From the human T2T-CHM13v2.0 reference genome, Homo sapiens, in assembly GCF_009914755.1 (NCBI RefSeq), contig NC_060928.1: a stretch of DNA of 64,000 nucleotides; one strand, 5' to 3'. The first letter of the stretch is position 1, and each line of letters opens with the position of its first letter. Below, one piece after another: positions 12,928 through 26,300 of the stretch. The notes below the pieces were generated by a model. It was not told where the DNA came from, searched no databases, and was given only the letters and a program-made list of their open reading frames with translations. The position numbers and the translations under genes were made by a program.

Positions 12928-15900
12928 TTCTCAGAAACTTCTTTGTGTTGTGTGTACTCATGTAACAGTGTTGAACCATCCTTTTGACAGAGCAGTTTTG
13001 AAACACTCTTTTTATAGAATCTGCAAGTGGATATTTGGATAGCTTTGAGGATTTCGTTGGAAACGGGATGACATATAATATCTAGAGAGAAGCATTCTCA
13101 GGAACTTCTTTGTGATGTTTGCATTCAAGTCACAGAATTGAACATTCCCTTTCATAGAGCAGGTTTGAAACACTCTTTCTCTAGTATCTGGAAGTGGGCA
13201 TTTCAAGCGCTTTCAGGCCTATGGAGAGAAAGGAAATACCTTCAAATAAAAACTAGACAGAAGCATTCTCAGAAACTTATTTGTGATGTGTGTCCTCAAC
13301 TAACAGAGTTGAACCTTTGTTTTGATACAGCATTTTGGAAACACTCCTTTTGTAGAATCTGCAGGGGGATATTTGGAAAGCTTTGAAGATTTCGTTGGAA
13401 ACCGGAATATCTTCATATAAAATCAAGACAGAAGCATTCTCGGAAACATCTCTGTGATGTTTGCATTCAACTCAGTAGAGTTGAACACTTCCTTTCATAG
13501 AGCAGGTTTGAAACACTCTTTCTGCACTACCTGGAAGCGGACATTTCGAGCGCTTTGAGGCCTATGGTGAAAAAGGAAATATCTTCTCATAAAAACCAGA
13601 AAGAAGCATTCTCAGAAACTTCTTTGTGTTGTGTGTACTCAAGTAACAGTGTTGAACCTTCCTTTTGACACAGCAGTTTTGAAACACTCTTTTGGTAGAA
13701 TCTGCAAGTGGATATTTGGATAGCTTTGAGGATTTCGTTGGAAACGGGTTATCTTCATATAAAATCCAGACAGGAGCATTCTCAGAAACTTCTTTGTGCT
13801 GTATGTCCTCAATTCACAGAGCTGAACCTTTGTTTGGATACAGCATTTTGGAAACATTCCTTTAGTAGAATCTGCAAGTTGATATTTAGATAGCTTTGAA
13901 GATTTCGTTGGAAACGGGAATATCTTCATAGAAAATCTAGACGGAAGCATTCTCAGAAACTGCTTTGTGATGTTTGCATTCAAGTCACAGAGTTGAATAT
14001 TCCCTTTTATAGAGTAGGTTTGAAACACTCTTTCGGCACTACCTGGAAGTGGATATTTCGAGCTCTTTGAGGCCTATGGTTAAAAGGAAATATCTTCCCA
14101 TAAAAACTGGACAGAAGCCGTCTCAGAAACTTGTTTGTGATGTGTGTATTCAACTACCAGAGTTGAACATTTCTGTTACAGAGCAATTTTAAAACACTCT
14201 TTTTGTGGAATCTGAAAGTGGATAATTGGATAGCTTTGTGGATTTCGTTGGAAACGGGATGACGTATAAAATCTAGAGAGAAGCATTCTCAGGAACTTCT
14301 TTCTGATGTTTGCATTCAAGTCACAGAATTGAACATTCCTTTTCATAGTGCAGGTTTGAAACACTCTTTCTGTAGTATCTGGAAGTGGACATTTCAAGCG
14401 CTTTCAGGCCTACGGGGAGAAAGGAAATATCTTCAAATAAAAACTAGACAGAAGGATTCTCAGAAACTTATTTGTGATGTGTGTCCTAAACGAACACAGT
14501 TGAACCTTTGTTTTGATACAGCATTTTGGAAACACTCCTTTTGTAGGATCTGCAGGTGGATATTTGGATAGATTTTAAGATTTCGTTGGAAACGGGAATT
14601 TCTTCATATAAACTCAAGACAGATGCATTCTCAGAAACTTCTCTGTGATGTTTGCATTCCACTCATAGAGTTGAAAACTTCCTTTCATAGAGCAGGTTTG
14701 AAACACTCTTTCTGCACTACCTGGAAGCGGACATTTCGAGCGTTTTGAGGCCTATGGTGAAAAAGGAAATATCTTCTCATAAAAACCAGAAAGAAGCATT
14801 CTCAGAAACTTCTTTGTGTTGTGTGTACTCAAGTAACAGTGTTGAACCTTCCTTTTGACAGAGCAGTTTTGAAACACTCTTTTGGTAGAATCTGCAAGTG
14901 GATATTTGGATAGCTTTGAGGATTTCGTTGGAAACGGGTTATCTTCATATAAAATCCAGACAGGAGCATTCTCAGAAACTTCTTTGTGCTGTATGTCCTC
15001 AATTCACAGAGCTGAACCTTTGTTTGGATACAGCGTTTTGGAGACATTCCTTTAGTAGAATCTGCAAGTTGATATTTAGATAGCTTTGAAGATTTCGTTG
15101 GAAACGGGAATGTCTTCATAGAAAATCTAGACGGAAGCATTCTCAGAAACTGCTTTGTGATGTTTGCATTCAAGTCACAGAGTTGAATATTCCCTTTTAT
15201 AGAGTAGGTTTGAAACACTCTTTCGGCACTACCTGGAAGTGGATATTTCGAGCTCTTTGAGGCCTATGGTTAAAAGGAAATATCTTCCCATAAAAACTAG
15301 ACAGAAGCCGTCTCAGAAACTTGTTTGTGATGTGTGTATTCAACTAACAGAGTTGAACATTTCTGTTACAGAGCAATTTTAAAACACTCTTTTTGTGGAA
15401 TCTGAAAGTGGATAATTGGATAGCTTTGTGGATTTCGTTGGAAACGGGATGACGTATAAAATCTAGAGAGAAGCATTCTCAGGAACTTCTTTCTGATGTT
15501 TGCATTCAAGTCACAGAATTGAACATTCCTTTTCATAGTGCAGGTTTGAAACACTCTTTCTGTAGTATCTGGAAGTGGACATTTCAAGCGCTTTCAGGCC
15601 TACGGGGAGAAAGGAAATATCTTCAAATAAAAACTAGACAGAAGGATTCTCAGAAACTTATTTGTGATGTGTGTCCTAAACGAACACAGTTGAACCTTTG
15701 TTTTGATACAGCATTTTGGAAACACTCCTTTTGTAGGATCTGCAGGTGGATATTTGGATAGATTTTAAGATTTCGTTGGAAACGGGAGTTTCTTCATATA
15801 AACTCAAGACAGATGCATTCTCAGAAACTTCTCTGTGATGTTTGCATTCCACTCATAGAGTTGAAAACTTCCTTTCATAGAGCAGGTTTGAAACACTCTT

Positions 15901-17349
15901 TTTGTAATATTTGGAAGTGTACATTTGCAGCGCTTTGAGGCCTATGGTGAAAAAGGAAATATCTTCTCATAAAAACCAGAAACAAGCATTCTCAGAAACT
16001 TCTTTTTGATGTGTGTACTCAAGTAACAGAGTTGAACCTTCCTTTTGACACAGCAGTTTTGAAACAATCTTTTTGTAGAATCTGCAAGTGGATATTTGGA
16101 TAGCTTTGAGGATTTCGTTGGAAACGGGATATCTTCATATAAAATCTAGACAGAAGCATTCTCAGAAACTTCTTTGTGCTGTATGTCCTCAATTAACAGA
16201 GTTGAACCATTGCTTGGATACAGCATTTTGGAAACATTCCTTTAGTAGAATCTGCAAGTTGATATTTAGATAGATTTGAAGATTTCGTTGGAAACGGGAA
16301 TATCTCCATAGAAAATCTAGACGGAAGCATTCTCAGAAACTGCTTTGTGATGTTTCCATTCAAGTCACAGAGTTGAATATTCCCTTTTATAGAGCACGTT
16401 TGAAACACTCTTTCTGCACTATCTGGAAGTGGACATTTCGAGCGCTTTGAGGCCTATGGTGAAAAAGGAATTATCTTCCCATAAAAACTAGACAGAAGCA
16501 TTCTCAGAAACTTGTTTGTGATGTGTGTATTCAACTAACAGAGTTGAACTTTTGTTTTTACAGAGCCGTTTTAAAACACTCTTTTTGTGGAATCAGAAAG
16601 TGGATATTCGGATGGCTCTGAGGATTTCGTTGGAAGCGGGATTACGTATAAAATCTAGAGAGAAGCATTCTCAGGAACTTCTTTGTGATGTTTGCATTGA
16701 AGTCACAGAATTGAACATTCACTTTGATAGAGCAGGTTTGAAACACTCATTCTGTAGTATCTGGAAGTGGACATTTCAAGCGCTTTCAGGCCTATGGTGA
16801 GAAAGGAAATATCTTCGAATAAAAACTAGACAGAAGCATCCTCAGAAACTTATTTGTGATGTGTGTCCTCAACTAACAGAGTTGAAACTTTGTTTTGATA
16901 CAGCATTTTGGAAACACTCTTTTTGTAGAATCTGCAGGTGGATATTTGGATAGCTTAGAGGGATTCGTTGGAAAGGGGATATCTTCATATAAAATCTAGA
17001 CAGAAGCATTCTCAGAAACTTATTTGTGATGTGTGTCCTCAACTAACAGAGTTGAACCTTGGTTTCGATACAGCATTTTGGAAACACTCCTTTTGTAGAA
17101 TCTGCAGGTGGATATGTGGATAGCTCTGAAGATTTCGTTGGAAACGGGAATTTCTTCATATAAAATCAAACAGAAGCATTCTCAGAAACTTCTCAGTGAT
17201 GTTTGCATTCAGCTCATGGAGTTGAACACTTCCTTTCATAGAGCCGGTTTGAAACACTCTTTCTGCACTACCTGGAAGAGGACATTTCGAGCGCTTTGAG
17301 TCCTATGGTGAAAAAGGAAATATCTTCTCATAAAAACCAGAAAGAAGCA
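12928..17349 (+). repeat. HOR copy 5, 26-mer structural variant (m1-10, m11/m4 hybrid, m5-19), 4422 bp
   Basis: Marker ORF spacing 13138 to 17560 = 4422; m5-m10 ORFs repeated 1190 bp apart (13708/14898, 14329/15519). Confidence 0.93.
14628..14798 (+). repeat. Hybrid monomer m11/m4 (duplication junction)
   Basis: 5' part is m11-specific (TTCCACTCATAGAGTTGAAAAC); 3' part is m4-specific (TCTGCACTACCTGGAAGCGGAC). Switch lies within 14677-14711. Confidence 0.9.
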
Positions 17350-20300
17350 TTCTCAGAAACTTCTTTGTGTTGTGTGTACTCATGTAACAGTGTTGAACCA
17401 TCCTTTTGACAGAGCAGTTTTGAAACACTCTTTTTATAGAATCTGCAAGTGGATATTTGGATAGCTTTGAGGATTTCGTTGGAAACGGGATGACATATAA
17501 TATCTAGAGAGAAGCATTCTCAGGAACTTCTTTGTGATGTTTGCATTCAAGTCACAGAATTGAACATTCCCTTTCATAGAGCAGGTTTGAAACACTCTTT
17601 CTCTAGTATCTGGAAGTGGGCATTTCAAGCGCTTTCAGGCCTATGGAGAGAAAGGAAATACCTTCAAATAAAAACTAGACAGAAGCATTCTCAGAAACTT
17701 ATTTGTGAAGTGTGTCCTCAAGTAACAGAGTTGAACCTTTGTTTTGATACAGCATTTTGGAAACACTCCTTTTGTAGAATCTGCAGGTGGATATTTGGAT
17801 AGCTTTGAAGATTTCGTTGGAAACCGGAATATCTTCATATAAAATCAAGACAGAAGCATTCTCGGAAACATCTCTGTGATGTTTGCATTCAACTCAGTAG
17901 AGTTGAACACTTCCTTTCATAGAGCAGGTTTGAAACACTCTTTCTGCACTACCTGGAAGTGGACATTTCGAGCGCTTTGAGGCCTATGGTGAAAAAGGAA
18001 ATATCTTCTCATAAAAACCAGAAAGAAGCATTCTCAGAAACTTCTTTGTGTTGTGTGTACTCAAGTAACAGTGTTGAACCTTCCTTTTGACAGAGCAGTT
18101 TTGAAACACTCTTTTGGTAGAATCTGCAAGTGGATATTTGGATAGCTTTGAGGATTTCGTTGGAAACGGGTTATCTTCATATAAAATCCAGACAGGAGCA
18201 TTCTCAGAAACTTCTTTGTGCTGTATGTCCTCAATTCACAGAGCTGAACCTTTGTTTGGATACAGCATTTTGGAGACATTCCTTTAGTAGAATCTGCAAG
18301 TTGATATTTAGATAGCTTTGAAGATTTCGTTGGAAACGGGAATATCTTCATAGAAAATCTAGACGGAAGCATTCTCAGAAACTGCTTTGTGATGTTTGCA
18401 TTCAAGTCACAGAGTTGAATATTCCCTTTTATAGAGTAGGTTTGAAACACTCTTTCGGCACTACCTGGAAGTGGATATTTCGAGCTCTTTGAGGCCTATG
18501 GTTAAAAGGAAATATCTTCCCATAAAAACTAGACAGAAGCCGTCTCAGAAACTTGTTTGTGATGTGTGTATTCAACTACCAGAGTTGAACATTTCTGTTA
18601 CAGAGCAATTTTAAAACACTCTTTTTGTGGAATCTGAAAGTGGATAATTGGATAGCTTTGTGGATTTCGTTGGAAACGGGATGACGTATAAAATCTAGAG
18701 AGAAGCATTCTCAGGAACTTCTTTCTGATGTTTGCATTCAAGTCACAGAATTGAACATTCCTTTTCATAGTGCAGGTTTGAAACACTCTTTCTGTAGTAT
18801 CTGGAAGTGGACATTTCAAGCGCTTTCAGGCCTACGGGGAGAAAGGAAATATCTTCAAATAAAAACTAGACAGAAGGATTCTCAGAAACTTATTTGTGAT
18901 GTGTGTCCTAAACGAACACAGTTGAACCTTTGTTTTGATACAGCATTTTGGAAACACTCCTTTTGTAGGATCTGCAGGTGGATATTTGGATAGATTTTAA
19001 GATTTCGTTGGAAACGGGAGTTTCTTCATATAAACTCAAGACAGATGCATTCTCAGAAACTTCTCTGTGATGTTTGCATTCCACTCATAGAGTTGAAAAC
19101 TTCCTTTCATAGAGCAGGTTTGAAACACTCTTTTTGTAATATTTGGAAGTGTACATTTGCAGCGCTTTGAGGCCTATGGTGAAAAAGGAAATATCTTCTC
19201 ATAAAAACCAGAAACAAGCATTCTCAGAAACTTCTTTTTGATGTGCGTACTCAAGTAACAGAGTTGAACCTTCCTTTTGACACAGCAGTTTTGAAACAAT
19301 CTTTTTGTAGAATCTGCAAGTGGATATTTGGATAGCTTTGAGGATTTCGTTGGAAACGGGACATCTTCATATAAAATCTAGACAGAAGCATTCTCAGAAA
19401 CTTCTTTGTGCTGTATGTCCTCAATTAACAGAGTTGAACCATTGCTTGGATACAGCATTTTGGAAACATTCCTTTAGTAGAATCTGCAAGTTGATATTTA
19501 GATAGATTTGAAGATTTCGTTGGAAACGGGAATATCTCCATAGAAAATCTAGACGGAAGCATTCTCAGAAACTGCTTTGTGATGTTTCCATTCAAGTCAC
19601 AGAGTTGAATATTCCCTTTTATAGAGCACGTTTGAAACACTCTTTCTGCACTATCTGGAAGTGGACATTTCGAGCGCTTTGAGGCCTATGGTGAAAAAGG
19701 AATTATCTTCCCATAAAAACTAGACAGAAGCATTCTCAGAAACTTGTTTGTGATGTGTGTATTCAACTAACAGAGTTGAACTTTTGTTTTTACAGAGCCG
19801 TTTTTAAACACTCTTTTTGTGGAATCAGAAAGTGGATATTCGGATGGCTCTGAGGATTTCGTTGGAAGCGGGATTACGTATAAAATCTAGAGAGAAGCAT
19901 TCTCAGGAACTTCTTTGTGATGTTTGCATTGAAGTCACAGAATTGAACATTCACTTTGATAGAGCAGGTTTGAAACACTCATTCTGTAGTATCTGGAAGT
20001 GGACATTTCAAGCGCTTTCAGGCCTATGGTGAGAAAGGAAATATCTTCGAATAAAAACTAGACAGAAGCATCCTCAGAAACTTATTTGTGATGTGTGTCC
20101 TCAACTAACAGAGTTGAAACTTTGTTTTGATACAGCATTTTGGAAACACTCTTTTTGTAGAATCTGCAGGTGGATATTTGGATAGCTTAGAGGGATTCGT
20201 TGGAAAGGGGATATCTTCATATAAAATCTAGACAGAAGCATTCTCAGAAACTTATTTGTGATGTGTGTCCTCAACTAACAGAGTTGAACCTTGGTTTTGA

Positions 20301-23300
20301 TACAGCATTTTGGAAACACTCCTTTTGTAGAATCTGCAGGTGGATATGTGGATAGCTCTGAAGATTTCGTTGGAAACGGGAATTTCTTCATATAAAATCA
20401 AACAGAAGCATTCTCAGAAACTTCTCAGTGATGTTTGCATTCAGCTCATGGAGTTGAACACTTCCTTTCATACAGCCGGTTTGAAACACTCTTTCTGCAC
20501 TACCTGGAAGAGGACATTTCGAGCGCTTTGAGTCCTATGGTGAAAAAGGAAATATCTTCTCATAAAAACCAGAAAGAAGCATTCTCAGAAACTTCTTTGT
20601 GTTGTGTGTACTCATGTAACAGTGTTGAACCATCCTTTTGACAGAGCAGTTTTGAAACACTCTTTTTATAGAATCTGCAAGTGGATATTTGGATAGCTTT
20701 GAGGATTTCGTTGGAAACGGTATGACATATAATATCTAGAGAGAAGCATTCTCAGGAACTTCTTTGTGATGTTTGCATTCAAGTCACAGAATTGAACATT
20801 CCCTTTCATAGAGCAGGTTTGAAACACTCTTTCTCTAGTATCTGGAAGTGGGCATTTCAAGCGCTTTCAGGCCTATGGAGAGAAAGGAAATACCTTCAAA
20901 TAAAAACTAGACAGAAGCATTCTCAGAAACTTATTTGTGATGTGTGTCCTCAACTAACAGAGTTGAACCTTTGTTTTGATACAGCATTTTGGAAACACTC
21001 CTTTTGTAGAATCTGCAGGGGGATATTTGGATAGCTTTGAAGATTTCGTTGGAAACCGGAATATCTTCATATAAAATCAAGACAGAAGCATTCTCGGAAA
21101 CATCTCTGTGATGTTTGCATTCAACTCAGTAGAGTTGAACACTTCCTTTCATAGAGCAGGTTTGAAACACTCTTTCTGCACTACCTGGAAGTGGACATTT
21201 CGAGCGCTTTGAGGCCTATGGTGAAAAAGGAAATATCTTCTCATAAAAACCAGAAAGAAGCATTCTCAGAAACTTCTTTGTGTTGTGTGTACTCAAGTAA
21301 CAGTGTTGAACCTTCCTTTTGACAGAGCAGTTTTGAAACACTCTTTTGGTAGAATCTGCAAGTGGATATTTGGATAGCTTTGAGGATTTCGTTGGAAACG
21401 GGTTATCTTCATATAAAATCCAGACAGGAGCATTCTCAGAAACTTCTTTGTGCTGTATGTCCTCAATTCACAGAGCTGAACCTTTGTTTGGATACAGCAT
21501 TTTGGAGACATTCCTTTAGTAGAATCTGCAAGTTGATATTTAGATAGCTTTGAAGATTTCGTTGGAAACGGGAATATCTTCATAGAAAATCTAGACGGAA
21601 GCATTCTCAGAAACTGCTTTGTGATGTTTGCATTCAAGTCACAGAGTTGAATATTCCCTTTTATAGAGTAGGTTTGAAACACTCTTTCGGCACTACCTGG
21701 AAGTGGATATTTCGAGCTCTTTGAGGCCTATGGTTAAAAGGAAATATCTTCCCATAAAAACTAGACAGAAGCCGTCTCAGAAACTTGTTTGTGATGTGTG
21801 TATTCAACTAACAGAGTTGAACATTTCTGTTACAGAGCAATTTTAAAACACTCTTTTTGTGGAATCTGAAAGTGGATAATTGGATAGCTTTGTGGATTTC
21901 GTTGGAAACGGGATGACGTATAAAATCTAGAGAGAAGCATTCTCAGGAACTTCTTTCTGATGTTTGCATTCAAGTCACAGAATTGAACATTCCTTTTCAT
22001 AGTGCAGGTTTGAAACACTCTTTCTGTAGTATCTGGAAGTGGACATTTCAAGCGCTTTCAGGCCTACGGGGAGAAAGGAAATATCTTCAAATAAAAACTA
22101 GACAGAAGGATTCTCAGAAACTTATTTGTGATGTGTGTCCTAAACGAACACAGTTGAACCTTCGTTTTGATACAGCATTTTGGAAACACTCCTTTTGTAG
22201 GATCTGCAGGTGGATATTTGGATAGATTTTAAGATTTCGTTGGAAACGGGAGTTTCTTCATATAAACTCAAGACAGATGCATTCTCAGAAACTTCTCTGT
22301 GATGTTTGCATTCCACTCATAGAGTTGAAAACTTCCTTTCATAGAGCAGGTTTGAAACACTCTTTTTGTAATATTTGGAAGTGTACATTTGCAGCGCTTT
22401 GAGGCCTATGGTGAAAAAGGAAATATCTTCTCATAAAAACCAGAAACAAGCATTCTCAGAAACTTCTTTTTGATGTGCGTACTCAAGTAACAGAGTTGAA
22501 CCTTCCTTTTGACACAGCAGTTTTGAAACAATCTTTTTGTAGAATCTGCAAGTGGATATTTGGATAGCTTTGAGGATTTCGTTGGAAACGGGATATCTTC
22601 ATATAAAATCTAGACAGAAGCATTCTCAGAAACTTCTTTGTGCTGTATGTCCTCAATTAACAGAGTTGAACCATTGCTTGGATACAGCATTTTGGAAACA
22701 TTCCTTTAGTAGAATCTGCAAGTTGATATTTAGATAGATTTGAAGATTTCGTTGGAAACGGGAATATCTCCATAGAAAATCTAGACGGAAGCATTCTCAG
22801 AAACTGCTTTGTGATGTTTCCATTCAAGTCACAGAGTTGAATATTCCCTTTTATAGAGCACGTTTGAAACACTCTTTCTGCACTATCTGGAAGTGGACAT
22901 TTCGAGCGCTTTGAGGCCTACGGTGAAAAAGGAATTATCTTCCCATAAAAACTAGACAGAAGCATTCTCAGAAACTTGTTTGTGATGTGTGTATTCAACT
23001 AACAGAGTTGAACTTTTGTTTTTACAGAGCCGTTTTTTAACACTCTTTTTGTGGAATCAGAAAGTGGATATTCGGATGGCTCTGAGGATTTCGTTGGAAG
23101 CGGGATTACGTATAAAATCTAGAGAGAAGCATTCTCAGGAACTTCTTTGTGATGTTTGCATTGAAGTCACAGAATTGAACATTCACTTTGATAGAGCAGG
23201 TTTGAAACACTCATTCTGTAGTATCTGGAAGTGGACATTTCAAGCGCTTTCAGGCCTATGGTGAGAAAGGAAATATCTTCGAATAAAAACTAGACAGAAG

Positions 23301-26300
23301 CATCCTCAGAAACTTATTTGTGATGTGTGTCCTCAACTAACAGAGTTGAAACTTTGTTTTGATACAGCATTTTGGAAACACTCTTTTTGTAGAATCTGCA
23401 GGTGGATATTTGGATAGCTTAGAGGGATTCGTTGGAAAGGGGATATCTTCATATAAAATCTAGACAGAAGCATTCTCAGAAACTTATTTGTGATGTGTGT
23501 CCTCAACTAACAGAGTTGAACCTTGGTTTTGATACAGCATTTTGGAAACACTCCTTTTGAAGAATCTGCAGGTGGATATGTGGATAGCTCTGAAGATTTC
23601 GTTGGAAACGGGAATTTCTTCATATAAAATCAAACAGAAGCATTCTCAGAAACTTCTCAGTGATGTTTGCATTCAGCTCATGGAGTTGAACACTTCCTTT
23701 CATAGAGCCGGTTTGAAACACTCTTTCTGCACTACCTGGAAGAGGACATTTCGAGCGCTTTGAGTCCTATGGTGAAAAAGGAAATATCTTCTCATAAAAA
23801 CCAGAAAGAAGCATTCTCAGAAACTTCTTTGTGTTGTGTGTACTCATGTAACAGTGTTGAACCATCCTTTTGACAGAGCAGTTTTGAAACACTCTTTTTG
23901 TAGAATCTGCAAGTGGATATTTGGATAGCTTTGAGGATTTCGTTGGAAACGGGATGACATATAATATCTAGAGAGAAGCATTCTCAGGAACTTCTTTGTG
24001 ATGTTTGCATTCAAGTCACAGAATTGAACATTCCCTTTCATAGAGCAGGTTTGAAACACTCTTTCTCTAGTATCTGGAAGTGGGCATTTCAAGCGCTTTC
24101 AGGCCTATGGAGAGAAAGGAAATACCTTCAAATAAAAACTAGACAGAAGCATTCTCAGAAACTTATTTGTGATGTGTGTCCTCAACTAACAGAGTTGAAC
24201 CTTTGTTTTGATACAGCATTTTGGAAACACTCCTTTTGTAGAATCTGCAGGTGGATATTTGGATAGCTTTGAAGATTTCGTTGGAAACCGGAATATCTTC
24301 ATATAAAATCAAGACAGAAGCATTCTCGGAAACATCTCTGTGATGTTTGCATTCAACTCAGTAGAGTTGAACACTTCCTTTCATAGAGCAGGTTTGAAAC
24401 ACTCTTTCTGCACTACCTGGAAGCGGACATTTCGAGCGCTTTGAGGCCTATGGTGAAAAAGGAAATATCTTCTCATAAAAACCAGAAAGAAGCATTCTCA
24501 GAAACTTCTTTGTGTTGTGTGTACTCAAGTAACAGTGTTGAACCTTCCTTTTGACAGAGCAGTTTTGAAACACTCTTTTGGTAGAATCTGCAAGTGGATA
24601 TTTGGATAGCTTTGAGGATTTCGTTGGAAACGGGTTATCTTCATATAAAATCCAGACAGGAGCATTCTCAGAAACTTCTTTGTGCTGTATGTCTTCAATT
24701 CACAGAGCTGAACCTTTGTTTGGATACAGCGTTTTGGAGACATTCCTTTAGTAGAATCTGCAAGTTGATATTTAGATAGCTTTGAAGATTTCGTTGGAAA
24801 CGGGAATATCTTCATAGAAAATCTAGACGGAAGCATTCTCAGAAACTGCTTTGTGATGTTTGCATTCAAGTCACAGAGTTGAATATTCCCTTTTATAGAG
24901 TAGGTTTGAAACACTCTTTCGGCACTACCTGGAAGTGGATATTTCGAGCTCTTTGAGGCCTATGGTTAAAAGGAAATATCTTCCCATAAAAACTAGACAG
25001 AAGCCGTCTCAGAAACTTGTTTGTGATGTGTGTATTCAACTAACAGAGTTGAACATTTCTGTTACAGAGCAATTTTAAAACACTCTTTTTGTGGAATCTG
25101 AAAGTGGATAATTGGATAGCTTTGTGGATTTCGTTGGAAACGGGATGACGTATAAAATCTAGAGAGAAGCATTCTCAGGAACTTCTTTCTGATGTTTGCA
25201 TTCAAGTCACAGAATTGAACATTCCTTTTCATAGTGCAGGTTTGAAACACTCTTTCTGTAGTATCTGGAAGTGGACATTTCAAGCGCTTTCAGGCCTACG
25301 GGGAGAAAGGAAATATCTTCAAATAAAAACTAGACAGAAGGATTCTCAGAAACTTATTTGGGATGTGTGTCCTAAACGAACACAGTTGAACCTTTGTTTT
25401 GATACAGCATTTTGGAAACACTCCTTTTGTAGGATCTGCAGGTGGATATTTGGATAGATTTTAAGATTTCGTTGGAAACGGGAATTTCTTCATAGAAACT
25501 CAAGACAGATGCATTCTCCGAAACTTCTCTGTGATGTTTGCATTCCACTCATAGAGTTGAAAACTTCCTTTCATAGAGCAGGTTTGAAACACTCTTTTTG
25601 TAATATTTGGAAGTGGACATTTGCAGCGCTTTGAGGCCTATGGTGAAAAAGGAAATATCTTCTCATAAAAACCAGAAACAAGCATTCTCAGAAACTTCTT
25701 TTTGATGTGTGTACTCAAGTAACAGAGTTGAACCTTCCTTTTGACACAGCAGTTTTGAAACAATCTTTTTGTAGAATCTGCAAGTGGATATTTGGATAGC
25801 TTTGAGGATTTCGTTGGAAACGGGATATCTTCATATAAAATCTAGACAGAAGCATTCTCAGAAACTTCTTTGTGCTGTATGTCCTCAATTAACAGAGTTG
25901 AACCATTGCTTGGATACAGCATTTTGGAAACATTCCTTTAGTAGAATCTGCAAGTTCATATTTAGATAGATTTGAAGATTTCGTTGGAAAAGGGAATATC
26001 TCCATAGAAAATCTAGAGGGAAGCATTCTCAGAAACTGCTTTGTGATGTTTCCATTCAAGTCACAGAGTTGAATATTCCCTTTTATAGAGCACGTTTGAA
26101 ACACTCTTTCTGCACTATCTGGAAGTGGACATTTCGAGCGCTTTGAGGCCTATGGTGAAAAAGGAAATATCTTCCCACAAAAACTAGACAGAAGCATTCT
26201 CAGAAACTTGTTTGTGATGTGTGTATTCAACTAACAGAGTTGAACTTTTGTTTTTACAGAGCCGTTTTAAAACACTCTTTTTGTGGAATCAGAAAGTGGA